64,000 nt of DNA from Mobula hypostoma (Eukaryota). The stretch is taken from positions 254,388,001 to 254,452,000 of the forward strand of contig NC_086097.1 in the NCBI RefSeq assembly GCF_963921235.1, in the 5' to 3' direction. The number at the start of each line of letters is the position of its first letter. Positions within the stretch are counted from its first letter, which is position 1. Below the pieces are notes generated by a model that saw only the letters and a list, made by a program, of their open reading frames with translations, had not been told where the DNA came from and did not search any database. Of this stretch, positions 12,206 through 25,140 are shown in pieces. A program made the translations under genes and the position numbers.

Positions 12206-13661
12206 TTTATTTTTCTCCTAGAGCATTCAATGTTTCAGAACAGCATCAGCACAACTTTCAGAACTTTTTATCAGCACTTTTATTATATTCTATAAAGTAG
12301 AGATTGGTGCAGATGCATAAGATCATCGAGAGTTACAAAATAAACTTAATCAGTAAATTGGTTTTCAGAGAAACAGTGTAAAACAAATCCATTAACAATA
12401 GTCCCAACCCCAGCTGTGAGAGGAGGAGGGTTGGATGTGAGGCGAGCAACGGCAGCCTGTAAAAACCCAGAGCTATAGTAAACACCAACGGAAACTCCAA
12501 AGACCTCATTCCTGGGAGAGAAAGGATCTTCAATGGGGCCAAACTGAAAGACAGGCCCAGGACAGAGGATTCTGGAGAGCTGCTGTCGACAGCCTGTGCC
12601 CCAGTAGGGGTGATAGATTTAACCAACCAACCAAATACATTAACATAACAAATGTTTGAGAACAGCATACTGACAAGAGATTGAAATCACTTCTGAAGGA
12701 ATTTGCAAATTAGAAACCTGAATTATCACCAGGAAAACTGAGTAAAATTAGTTACATTCAGCCTTTCTGGCCTGGACTTCATTTGGAGAATAATACCGAG
12801 CCTTTGTTTTATCAGCAGCCAGAAAGAGTAACAGTAAGTACTGGCCTAGGTTTGTGCTTGTTTGTACAGAGAAATATGGCTTGTTTTCATCAACTAACAG
12901 TGCAAAGCATATCATTCAAATATCTGACTGGTCAAGCATTATTGAAAGATCATTCAACATAGGAATACGTAAGGAAAAAGAAATCCGGCAGTCAGATTTA
13001 CACCTGCTTAACATCTATGGTTCAAGAGAGGTTCTTGTGAAAAGACAAAATCTTCAACATAGCACTGGAAACGTGCTGAGCATGAACTCTAACATAGAGC
13101 ATCTTTATGAAGCTAAAGATTGTGGTTTTACTCATCTCTATAATTCGGCAATAATCTCCAGAGAGAAACACTTATAAATTGATAATGCAGGCAAGAAAAA
13201 CGAACAGCTTTATACACAAAAATGTATAAACGTAATAAGTCACTTCTCATTCTAGTGTTTGAAAAAAGTTATCAGGGGTTAGGAGTAAATTCTTTAAGAA
13301 ACAATGATATAACAATTTATTATAGAATATATGACAGAGATTGTTCCTTCAAAATTCTGCTAATTGTAAAACAAACTTTAACAATTGTTTTGTCCTGACA
13401 GCGGATGTCAAATCAATAGACATCTTAATCAGGAAAATAACTGCAAAATGTCAACGCTACATCTCCAGGTCACAAAAGTGCATTTTCATCAGTGGACATA
13501 TAAAAATAGAAGAGTTTGTCTCGGGATATCAATATGTGAGAATACCATGTGTCACAGTATGCTCTTCGAATGTTCAAAGTCCTTTGTAACGGTGTTGCTT
13601 CCTGTAGATGGGGGTGGGGTGCGGCACAGTGGCGGAAGAATCTGGACCCCCTTGGCCACTG
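12206..13661 (-). other. CABLES1: Probable CABLES1 3' UTR with candidate polyA signals
   Basis: AT-rich, mostly non-repetitive sequence after the stop codon; minus-strand AATAAA at about 13317-13322, 12279-12284 and 12206-12211. The true end is not determinable. Confidence 0.5.
12400..12630 (+). mobile_element. RTE-derived short repeat inside the putative 3' UTR
   Basis: gagggttggatgtgaggcgagcaac...ctgtaaaaac and ...gcctgtgccccagtaggggtga, followed by an (AACC)n tail. Confidence 0.4.
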
Positions 13662-13802
13662 CTAGGAATGCTGAGTAAGCCTTCTGTAATGTGGCAGCAC
13701 CTCATGTTCGGAAAGATGAAGAGCAAATTCCAAGGCAACTAACACGGGAAACTCAAAGGCTAACAGTTCTCGTCGGTTAAGTCGGAATTTTTCTTCCAGT
13801 TT
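13662..13802 (-). CDS. CABLES1: CABLES1 terminal coding exon (141 nt including TAG), not in the ORF track
   Basis: ttctctttctcacaacag|AAACTGGAA...CATTCCTAG; encodes [46 protein letters not shown]. Confidence 0.95.
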   Translation of the reverse strand, partial: KLEEKFRLNRRELLAFEFPVLVALEFALHLSEHEVLPHYRRLTQHS

Positions 13803-13835
13803 CTGTTGTGAGAAAGAGAAAAACAAGCATTACAT

Positions 13836-14410
13836 TCCGGTTTCCTCCCACAGTCCAAAGATGTACCAGTGAGTCAGTTAATTGGTCATGTAGATTGTCC
13901 CATGATGAGGCTCAGGGTTAAATAGGTGGGTTGCTGGGTGGTGTGGGTCATTGGGCTGAAAGGGGCCGTTCCATGCTGTATAAACAAACAAAGGAATAAC
14001 ATTTACTGTGACGATAGGGGTGTGAGGGTAGCACAGTAGTGTAGTGGTAGCTGTCGTGGGCAGCATGGTGGCGAAGCATTAGAACATAATTTCACATCAC
14101 CATCTGCAAGATAGGGGTTCAATTCCCACTGCAGTCTGGAGGAAGTTTGTACATTTCCCTCATGACTGTGCGGGTTTCCTCAAAGTACTCCAATTTCCTC
14201 CCACATTCCGATAGTTTCAGTGAGTTGAGGGGCTAGAACTGTGGCAGGCATGTGGGCTGCCCAGCACAATGCTCACTGATTTAATGTGATGCAAATGACA
14301 CATTTCCCAGTGTGCTTTGATGTTCATGTCACAAATAAAGCTAATCTCTTTAATATCATCTGATTTGATTTGATGCATTTCGATGCACATGTAATAAATA
14401 AACTATTCTA
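13836..14410 (+). mobile_element. tRNA-derived V-SINE-like fragments
   Basis: B-box-like ggttcaattccc at about 14116 and V-domain-like gggtttcctc...tttcctcccaca. Confidence 0.6.
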
Positions 14411-14559
14411 ATTGAAACATTTAATTTAATCATCTGAAATTGAAGCACTGTGTTTTATATTCATCCCCTTAGCTCATACTTAAAGAGTCGGAATCAGAAG
14501 AGCACTAACATGTCGTGAATGTTTTTGTTTTGAGGCATCAGTATAGTACAAGATATAAA

Positions 14560-17500
14560 GATATGGTGCCCTCACACTGAATGCTGGATCTCACCGATAC
14601 GGTGTCCTCACACTGAATGGTGGATCTGACCGATACGGTGTCCTCACACTGAATGCTGGATCTCACCGATACGGTGTCCTCACACTGAATGCTGGATCTC
14701 ACTGATACGGTGCCCTCACAGTGAATCCTGGATCTCACCGATACAGTGCCCTCACACTGAATGCTGGATCTCACCGATACGGTGTCCTCACACTGAATGC
14801 TGGATCTCACCGATACGGTGCCCTCACACTGAATGGTGGATCTCACCGATACGGTGCCCTCACACTGAATGGTGGATCTCACCGATACAGTGCCCTCACA
14901 CTGAATCCTGGATCTCACCGATACGGTGCCCTCACACTGAATCCTGGATCTCACCGATACGGTGTCCTCACACTGAATGGTGGATCTCACCGATACGGTG
15001 TCCTCACACTGAATGCTGGATCTCACCGATACGGAGCCCTCACACTGAATGATAGATCTCACCGATACGGAGCCCTCACACTGAATGATGGATCTCACCG
15101 ATACGGTGCCCTCACACTGAATCCTGGATCTCACCGATACGGTGTCCTCACACTGAATGGTGGATCTCACCGATACGGTGCCCTCACACTGAATCCTGGA
15201 TCTCACCGATACGGTGCCCTCACATTGAATCCTGGATCTCACCGATACGGTGCCCTCACACTGAATCCTGGATCTCACCGATACGGTGTCCTCACACTGA
15301 ATGGTGGATCTCACCGAAACGGTGACTTCACACTGAGTCGCGGATCTCACCGATACGGTGCCCTCACACTGAATAGTGGATCTCACCGATACGGTGCCCT
15401 CACACTGAATCCTGGATCTCACCGATACGGTGCCCTCACACTGAATGCTGGATCTCACCGATACGGTGTCCTCACACTGAATGCTGGATCTCACCGATAC
15501 GGTGCCCTCACACTGAATCACGAATCTCACCGATACGGTGCCCTCACACTGAATCACGAATCTCACCGATACGGTGCCCTCACACTGAATCACGAATCTC
15601 ACCGATACGGTGCCCTCACACTGAATCACGAATCTCACCGATACGGTGCCCTCACACTGAATCACGAATCTCACCGATACGGTGCCCTCACACTGAATGG
15701 TGGATCTCACCGATACGGTGCCCTCACACTGAATCCTGGATCTCACCGATACGGTGCCCTCACACTGAATCCTGGATCTCACCGATACGGTGTCCTCACA
15801 CTGAATGGTGGATCTCACCGATACGGTGTCCTCACACTGAATGCTGGATCTCACCGATACGGAGCCCTCACACTGAATGATGGATCTCACCGATACGGTG
15901 CCCTCACACTGAATCCTGGATCTCACCGATACGGTGTCCTCACACTGAATCCTGGATCTCACCGATACGGTGCCCTCACACTGAATCCTGGATCTCACCG
16001 ATACGGTGCCCTCACACTGAATCCTGGATCTCACCGATACGGTGCCCTCACACTGAATGCTGGATCTCACCGATACGGTGTCCTCACACTGAATCACGAA
16101 TCTCACCGATACGGTGCCCTCACACTGAATCACGAATCTCACCGATACGGTGCCCTCACACTGAATGGTGGATCTCACCGATACGGTGCCCTCACACTGA
16201 ATCCTGGATCTCACCGATACGGTGCCCTCACACTGAATCCTGGATCTCACCGATACGGTGCCCTCACACTGAATCCTGGATCTCACCGATACGGTGTCCT
16301 CACACTGAATGGTGGATCTCACCGATACGGTGCCCTCACACTGAATCCTGGATCTCACCGATACGGTGTCCTCACACTGAGTCGTGGATCTCACCGATAC
16401 GGTGCCCTCACACTGAATGCTGGATCTCACCGATACGGTGTCCTCACACTGAATCCTGGATCTCACCGATACGGTGCCCTCACACTGAATGGTGGATCTC
16501 ACCGATACGGTGTCCTCACACTGAATCCTGGATCTCACCGATACGGTGCCCTCACACTGAATCCTGGATCTCACCGATACGGTGTCCTCACACTGAGTCG
16601 CGGATCTCACCGATACGGTGCCCTCACACTGAATAGTGGATCTCACCGATACGGTGTCCTCACACTGAGTTGTGGATCTCACCGATACGGTGCCCTCACA
16701 CTGAATGCTGGATCTCACCGATACGGTGCCCTCACATTGAATCCTGGATCTCACCGATACGGTGCCCTCACACTGAATCCTGGATCTCACCGATACGGTG
16801 TCGTCACACTGAATGGTGGATCTCACCGATACGGTGCCCTCACACTGAATCCTGGATCTCACCGATACGGTGTCCTCACACTGAGTCGTGGATCTCACCG
16901 ATACGGTGCCCTCACACTGAATGCTGGATCTCACCGATACGGTGTCCTCACACTGAATCCTGGATCTCACCGATACGGTGCCCTCACACTGAATGGTGGA
17001 TCTCACCGATACGGTGTCCTCACACTGAATCCTGGATCTCACCGATACGGTGTCCTCACACTGAATCCTGGATCTCACCGATACGGTGTCCTCACACTGA
17101 GTCGCGGATCTCACCGATACGGTGCCCTCACACTGAATCCTGGATCTCACCGATACGGTGTCCTCACACTGAGTCGTGGATCTCACCGATACGGTGCCCT
17201 CACACTGAATGCTGGATCTCACCGATACGGTGTCCTCACACTGAATCCTGGATCTCACCGATACGGTGCCCTCACACTGAATGGTGGATCTCACCGATAC
17301 GGTGTCCTCACACTGAATCCTGGATCTCACCGATACGGTGCCCTCACACTGAATCCTGGATCTCACCGATACGGTGTCCTCACACTGAGTCGCGGATCTC
17401 ACCGATACGGTGCCCTCACACTGAATCCTGGATCTCACCGATACGGTGCCCTCACACTGAATGGTGGATCTCACCGATAGAGTGCCCTCACACTGAATGC

Positions 17501-20500
17501 TGGATCTCACCGATACGGTGTCCTCACACTGAAAGCTGGATCTCACCGATACGGTGCCCTCACACTGAATCACGAATCTCACCGATACGGTGCCCTCACA
17601 CTGAATCACGAATCTCACCGATACGGTGCCCTCACACTGAATGGTGGATCTCACCGATACGGTGCCCTCACACTGAGTCGTGGATCTCACCGATACGGTG
17701 CCCTCACACTGAATGCTGGATCTCACCGATACGGTGCCCTCACACTGAATGCTGGATCTCACCGATACGGTGTCCTCACACTGAATGCTGGATCTCACCG
17801 ATACGGTGCCCTCACACTGAATCACGAATCTCACCGATACGGAGCCCTCACACTGAATCACGAATCTCACCGATACGGTGCCCTCACACTGAATCACGAA
17901 TCTCACCGATACGGTGCCCTCACACTGAATCACGAAGCTCACCGATACGGTGCCCTCACACTGAATGGTGGATCTCACCGATACGGTGCCCTCACACTGA
18001 ATCCTGGATCTCACCGATACGGTGTCCTCACACTGAATCCTGGATCTCACCGATACGGTGCCCTCACACTGAATCCTGGATCTCACCGATACGGTGCCCT
18101 CACACTGAATAGTGGATCTCACCGATACGGTGCCCTCACACTGAATAGTGGATCTCACCGATACGGTGTCCTCACACTGAATCCTGGATCTCACCGATAC
18201 GGTGCCCACACACTGAATACTGGATCTCACCGATACGGTGCCCTCACACTGAATGCTGGATCTCACCGATATGGTGTCCTCACACTGAATCACGGATCTC
18301 ACCGATACGGTGCCCTCACACTGAATGGTGGATCTCACCGATACGGTGCCCTCACACTGAATGGTGGATCTCACCGATACGGTGCCCTCACACTGAGTCG
18401 TGGATCTCACCGATACGGTGCCCTCACACTGAATCGTGGATCTCACCGATACGGTGCCCTCACACTGAATCCTGGATCTCACCGATACGGTGCCCTCACA
18501 CTGAATGGTGGATCTCACCGATACGGTGCCCTCACACTGAATCCTGGATCTCACCGATACGGTGTCCTCACACTGAGACGTCGATCTCACCGATACGGTG
18601 CCCTCACACTGAATGCTGGATCTCACCGATACGGTGTCCTCACACTGAATCCTGGATCTCACCGATACGGTGCCCTCACACTGAATGGTGGATCTCACCG
18701 ATACGGTGTCCTCACACTGAATCCTGGATCTCACCGATACGGTGCCCTCACACTGAATCCTGGATCTCACCGATACGGTGTCCTCACACTGAGTCGTGGA
18801 TCTCACCGATACGGTGTCCTCACACTGAGTCGTGGATCTCACCGATACGGTGTCCTCACACTGAGTCGTGGATCTCACCGATACGGTGCCCTCACACTGA
18901 ATGGTGGATCTCACCGATACGGTGTCCTCACACTGAATCCTGGATCTCACCGATACGGTGCCCTCACACTGAATCCTGGATCTCACCGATACGGTGTCCT
19001 CACACTGAGTCGCGGATCTCACCGATACGGTGCCCTCACACTGAATCCTGGATCTCACCGATACGGTGCCCTCACACTGAATGGTGGATCTCACCGATAC
19101 AGTGCCCTCACACTGAATGCTGGATCTCACCGATACGGTGTCCTCACACTGAATGCTGGATCTCACCGATACGGTGCCCTCACACTGAATCACGAATCTC
19201 ACCGATACGGTGCCCTCACACTGAATGGTGGATCTCACCGATACGGTGCCCTCACACTGAATCCTGGATCTCACCGATACGGTGCCCTCACACTGAGTCG
19301 TGGATCTCACCGATACGGTGCCCTCACACTGAATGCTGGATCTCACCGATACGGTGCCCTCACACTGAATCCTGGATCTCACCGATACGGTGCCCTCACA
19401 CTGAATGGTGGATCTCACCGATACGGTGCCCTCACACTGAATCCTGGATCTCACCGATACGGTGCCCTCACACTGAATCCTGGATCTCACCGATACGGTG
19501 CCCTCACACTGAATGGTGGATCTCACCGATACGGTGCCCTCACACTGAATCCTGGATCTCACCGATACGGTGCCCTCACACTGAATGGTGGATCTCACCG
19601 ATACGGTGCCCTCACACTGAATCCTGGATCTCACCGATACGGTGTCCTCACACTGAATCCTGGATCTCACCGATACGGTGCCCTCACACTGAATCCTGGA
19701 TCTCACCGATACGGTGTCCTCACACTGAATCCTGGATCTCACCGATACGGTGCCCTCACACTGAATCCTGGATCTCACCGATACGGTGTCCTCACACTGA
19801 GTCGCGGATCTCACCGATACGGTGCCCTCACACTGAATAGTGGATCTCACCGATACGGTGCCCTCACACTGAATCCTGGATCTCACCGATACGGTGCCCT
19901 CACACTGAATGGTGGATCTCACCGATACGGTGTCCTCACACTGAATGGTGGATCTCACCGATACGGTGCCCTCACACTGAATCCTGGATCTCACCGATAC
20001 GGTGCCCTCACACTGAATCCTGGATCTCACCGATACGGTGCCCTCACACTGAATCCTGGATCTCACCGATACGGTGCCCTCACACTGAATCCTGGATCTC
20101 ACCGATACGGTGCCCTCACACTGAATGGTGGATCTCACCGATACAGTGCCCTCACACTGAATGCTGGATCTCACCGATACGGTGTCCTCACACTGAATGC
20201 TGGATCTCACCGATACGGTGCCCTCACACTGAATCACGAATCTCACCGATACGGTGCCCTCACACTGAATCACGAATCTCACCGATACGGTGCCCTCACA
20301 CTGAATCACGAATCTCACCGATACGGTGCCCTCACACTGAATGGTGGATCTCACCGATACGGTGCCCTCACACTGAGTCGTGGATCTCACCGATACAGTG
20401 CCCTCACACTGAATGCTGGATCTCACCGATACGGTGCCCTCACACTGAAGGCTGGATCTCACCGATACGGTGCCCTCACACTGAATCACGAATCTCACCG

Positions 20501-22976
20501 ATACGGTGCCCTCACACTGAATCCTGGATCTCACCGATACGGTGCCCTCACACTGAATGGTGGATCTCACCGATACGGTGCCCTCACACTGAATCCTGGA
20601 TCTCACCGATACGGTGCCCTCACACTGAATCCTGGATCTCACCGATACGGTGCCCTCACACTGAATCCTGGATCTCACCGATACGGTGCCCTCACACTGA
20701 ATGCTGGATCTCACCGATACGGTGCCCTCACACTGAATGGTGGATCTCACCGATACGGTGCCCTCACACTGAATCACGAATCTCACCGATACGGTGCCCT
20801 CACACTGAATCCTGGATCTCACCGATACGGTGCCCTCACACTGAATCCTGGATCTCACCGATACGGTGCCCTCACACTGAATCCTGGATCTCACCGATAC
20901 GGTGTCCTCACACTGAATCCTGGATCTCACCGATACGGTGCCCTCACACTGAATGGTGGATCTCACCGATACGGTGCCCTCACACTGAATGCTGGATCTC
21001 ACCGATACGGTACCCTCACACTGAATGGTGGATCTCACCGATACGGTGCCCTCACACTGAATCACGAATCTCACCGATACGGTGCCCTCACACTGAATGG
21101 TGGATCTCACCGATACGGTGCCCTCACACTGAATGGTGGATCTCACCGATACGGTGCCCTCACACTGAATCGTGGATCTCACCGATACGGTGCCCTCACA
21201 CTGAGTCGTGGATCTCACCGATACGGTGCCCTCACACTGAATCCTGGATCTCACCGATACGGTGCCCTCACACTGAATGGTGGATCTCACCGATACGGTG
21301 CCCTCACACTGAATCCTGGATCTCACCGATACGGTGTCCTCACACTGAGTCGCGGATCTCACCGATACGGTGTCCTCACACTGAGTCGCGGATCTCACCG
21401 AAATGGTGCCCTCACACTGAATAGTGGATCTCACCGATACGGTGCCCTCACACTGAATCCTGGATCTCACCGATACGGTGCCCTCACACTGAATGGTGGA
21501 TCTCACCGATACGGTGCCCTCACACTGAATGCTGGATCTCACCGATACGGTGCCCTCACACTGAATCCGGGATCTCACCGATACGGTGCTCTCACACTGA
21601 ATCCTGGATCTCACCGATACGGTGCCCTCACACTGAATCCTGGATCTCACCGATACGGTGTCCTCACACTGAATCGTGGATCTCACCGATACGGTGCCCT
21701 CACACTGAATCCTGGATCTCACCGATACGGTGCCCTCACACTGAATCGTGGATCTCACCGATACGGTGCCCTCACACTGAATGCTGGATCTCACCGATAC
21801 GGTGTCCTCACACTGAATCCTGGATCTCACCGATACGGTGCCCTCACACTGAATGGTGGATCTCACCGATACGGTGCCCTCACACTGAATCCTGGATCTC
21901 ACCGATACGGTGCCCTCACACTGAATCCTGGATCTCACCGATACGGTGCCCTCACACTGAGTCGCGGATCTCACCGATACGGTGCCCTCACACTGAATCC
22001 TGGATCTCACCGATACGGTGCCCTCACACTGAGTGGTGGATCTCACCGATACGGTGCCCTCACACTGAATGCTGGATCTCACCGATACGGTGTCCTCACA
22101 CTGAATCCTGGATCTCACCGATACGGTGCCCTCACACTGAATGGTGGATCTCACCGATACGGTGCCCTCACACTGAATGGTGGATCTCACCGATACGGTG
22201 CCCTCACACTGAATCCTGGATCTCACCGATACGGTGCCCTCACACTGAATCGTGGATCTCACCGATACGGTGCCCTCACACTGAATCACGGATCTCACCG
22301 ATACGGTGCCCTCACACTGAATCCTGGATCTCACCGATACGGTGTCCTCACACTGAGTCGTGGATCTCACCGATACGGTGCCCTCACACTGAATGCTGGA
22401 TCTCACCGATACGGTGTCCTCACACTGAATCCTGGATCTCACCGATACGGTGCCCTCACACTGAATCCTGGATCTCACCGATACGGTGCTCTCACACTGA
22501 ATCCTGGATCTCACCGATACGGTGTCCTCACACTGAATGGTGGATCTCACCGATACGGCGCCCTCACACTGAATGGTGGATCTCACCGATACGGTGCTCT
22601 CACACTGAATCCTGGATCTCACCGATACGGTGCCCTCACACTGAATGGTGGATCTCACTGATACGGTGTCCTCACACTGAATCCTGGATCCTGGATCTCA
22701 CCGATACGGTGTCCTCACACTGAATCCTGGATCTCACCGATACGGTGCCCTCACACTGAATCCTGGATCTCACCGATACGGTGTCCTCACACTGAATCCT
22801 GGATCTCACCGATACGGTGTCCTCACACTGAATGGTGGATCTCACCGATACGGTGTCCTCACACTGAATGGTGGATCTCACCGATACGGTGTCCTCACAC
22901 TGAATGGTGGATCTCACCGATACGGTGCCCTCACACTGAATGGTGGATCTCACCGATACGGTGCCCTCACACTGAA
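14560..22976. repeat. 36-bp minisatellite array, about 233 units, in the last CABLES1 intron
   Basis: Constant GATCTCACCGATACGGTGYCCTCACACTGA plus a variable hexamer (ATCCTG, ATGGTG, ATGCTG, ATCACG, GTCGTG, GTCGCG, ATAGTG, ATGATG, ATCGTG); one 7-nt duplication near 22681-22694. Confidence 0.98.
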
Positions 22977-23269
22977 ATAAATCAAATTGATTTTGGAAAT
23001 TTGGAGAAAGGGGTGATACGAAACACGTGGATACCATGGTGGTCTGGATACTGCAGAGTCTAGCAAGTATACTGGCAGAGGTTGGAGTCTCAGAGATACA
23101 TGGCACAGACACCAGCCCACACTGCCTATCACAATTATCTGTGTTAGGACCATATTCCTATAAACCCCACCCTTCCATCCCTATGTAAGTGTTTCCTAAA
23201 TGAAACTGTTGTAGTGAAACTGGCAGCTTGTTCCGTATATTCACCTCTCTCTGCATCTTTCTATAAGAC

Positions 23270-23720
23270 CATCAGACATGGGTGCAAAATTGGGCTATTA
23301 GGCTATCAACTGTGCTCTGTCATTCCATTATAGCTGATCTACTTTCCCTCTCAACTCCACCCTCCTGTCTTTTCCTTGTAACCTTGACCCCCTGACTAAT
23401 CAAGAATCTATCAAGCTCCACTTTAAATATACCAAATGACTTGGCCTCCACAGCCGTCTGTGACAATGAATTCCACATAATCACCACCCTCTGGCTAAAG
23501 AAATTCCTCCTCATCTCCATTCTAAACGGACGTCCCTCTATTCTGAGACTGTGTCCTCTGGTATTAGACTTCCCCACTATAGGAAACATTCTCTCCACAC
23601 CCATTCTATCTAGGCCTTACAATATTCTTTTGGCTTCAATGACATCCCCCTCGTTGTTCTAAACTCCAGTGAGTACAGGCCTAGAGTCATCAAATATTCC
23701 TCATACATTGATTCATTCCT
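23270..23720 (-). mobile_element. CR1 3' fragment
   Basis: TRGHSLRIEGRPFRMEMRRNFFSQRVV. Confidence 0.8.
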
Positions 23721-23859
23721 GGTAAGATTAAGATTAGCTTGTTTGCCTCAACAGTGTATTGTGTCATGGTGTTCAATCTCAATATTTAATCTATTTGTTT
23801 TTTTCTCTTTTTCTCCCCTCTCTCTCTCTCGTTCTCTCTCTTTCCCTCCCTTTCTCTCT

Positions 23860-24490
23860 CATAGAAATATAGAAAACATACAGCACAATACAGGCCCTTC
23901 GGCCCACAAAGTTGTTCGGAACATGTCCCTACCTTAGAAATTACTAGGGTTACCCATAGCTCTCTATTTTTTCAAGCTCCATGTACCTATCCAAAAGTCT
24001 CTTAAAAGACCCGATTGTATCCACCTCCACCACTGTTGCCGGCAGCCCATTCCATGCACTCACCACTCTCTGAGTTAAAAACTTACCCCTGACATCTCCT
24101 CTGTACCTACTCCCCAGCACCTTAAACCTGTGTCCTCTTGTGGCAACCATTTCAGCCCTGGGAAAAAGCCTCTGACTGTCCACACGATCAATGCCTCTCA
24201 TCATCTTATACACCTCCATCAGGTCACCTCTCATCCTCCGTCGCTCCAAGGAGAAAAGTCCGAGTTCACTCAACCTATTCTTATAAGGCATGCCCCCCCA
24301 ATCCAGGTAACATCCTTGTAAATCTCCTCTGCACCCTGTCTATAGTTTCCACATCCTTCCTGTAGTGAGGTGACCAGAACTGAGCACAGTACTCCAAGTG
24401 GGGTCTGACCAGGGTCCTATATAGCTGCAACATTACCTCTCGGCTCCTAAATTCAATTCCACGATTGAGGAAGGCCAATACACCGAATGC
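23860..24490 (-). mobile_element. CR1 3' fragment about 40 bp from the exon donor
   Basis: LYRTLVRPHLEYCAQFWSP...RGDLMEVYK. Confidence 0.88.
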
Positions 24491-24531
24491 CTCTCTCTCT
24501 CTCTCTCATTCTCTCCCTCTCAGGTACTTAC

Positions 24532-24739
24532 ATCAATCAGATGTTTGACTTCATGCTTTCGTAGATCGCTGCCTAATTTGGCTGCTAGTAAAACGCAGGC
24601 ACCTGCACAGAGCTTGCGGTTTTGTTTGTTCAGTTTGCCTTTGAGTGCCAGTTTCTCAAAGTAGACAAAGGCCATGGCCACGGTTGGCTCTTCCAGACCA
24701 CAGTCCTCTTGTGCTAGCTTCCTCATTTCCCGTTTCAGA
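24532..24739 (-). CDS. CABLES1: CABLES1 penultimate coding exon (208 nt), cyclin-like box
   Basis: gatttccgcag|TCTGAAACGG...CTGATTGAT|gtaagt; encodes (S)LKREMRKLAQEDCGLEEPTVAMAFVYFEKLALKGKLNKQNRKLCAGACVLLAAKLGSDLRKHEVKHLID. KLAQEDCGLEEPT and KHEVKHLID match CABLES1 rather than CABLES2 as I recall them. Confidence 0.95.
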
Positions 24740-24944
24740 CTGCGGAAATCAAAAATACCGTAAGTAATCTTTCTTCCCAAACAAATACAACGGCGTGAAG
24801 TTCAAGTAGTCCTGGGGCAATAATGTTTCTTCAGGACGTGTATATCGGGTTCTTTTTGTTTGTACAAGATATCTGTTTTATATGTGTGTCACCAAAGGCA
24901 TGATATTAACCGAGGTTAATTGAAGCAGAAAATTAGAAACATGA

Positions 24945-25140
24945 AAGATTCTGCAGACGCTGGAAATCCAGAGCAACACACACAGAATGCTGGAGGAACT
25001 CAGCAGGTCAGGCAGCATCTATGGAGGGCAATAGCTGGTTGACACTATGGCCCCGATGAAGGGTCTCAGTATGAAACACGGGCTCTTTATTCTTCTGTAT
25101 AGATGCTACTCGAGCCGCTGAATTCCTCCAGCACTTTGAG
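24945..25140. mobile_element. Short quasi-palindromic repeat resembling a Penelope terminal repeat
   Basis: tgctggaggaactcagc...gcagcatctat is inverted against atagatgct...gctgaattcctccagca; related sequence at about 33140-33290, 48880-48930 and 54540-54640. Confidence 0.55.

Noticed and set aside
14538..22658. 2706-aa repeat protein (RSxIQCEGTVSV)n
   Set aside because: No ATG start or unique domain. The 36-bp unit is a multiple of 3 and stop-free in several frames on both strands (919- and 480-aa ORFs on +), so long ORFs are expected without selection.
14560..22976. CRISPR array
   Set aside because: The variable parts are only 6 nt and reuse a few alleles rather than being unique spacers; no cas genes; vertebrate intron context.
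23040..23065. Helitron 3' end (CTAG) for the array cassette
   Set aside because: CTAG is not conserved in the second copy and an apparent 6-bp duplication is atypical of Helitrons.
24532..24739. CABLES2 identity
   Set aside because: This exon and the terminal exon ([25 protein letters not shown]) fit CABLES1 better, although the 107-nt exon has some CABLES2-like residues.
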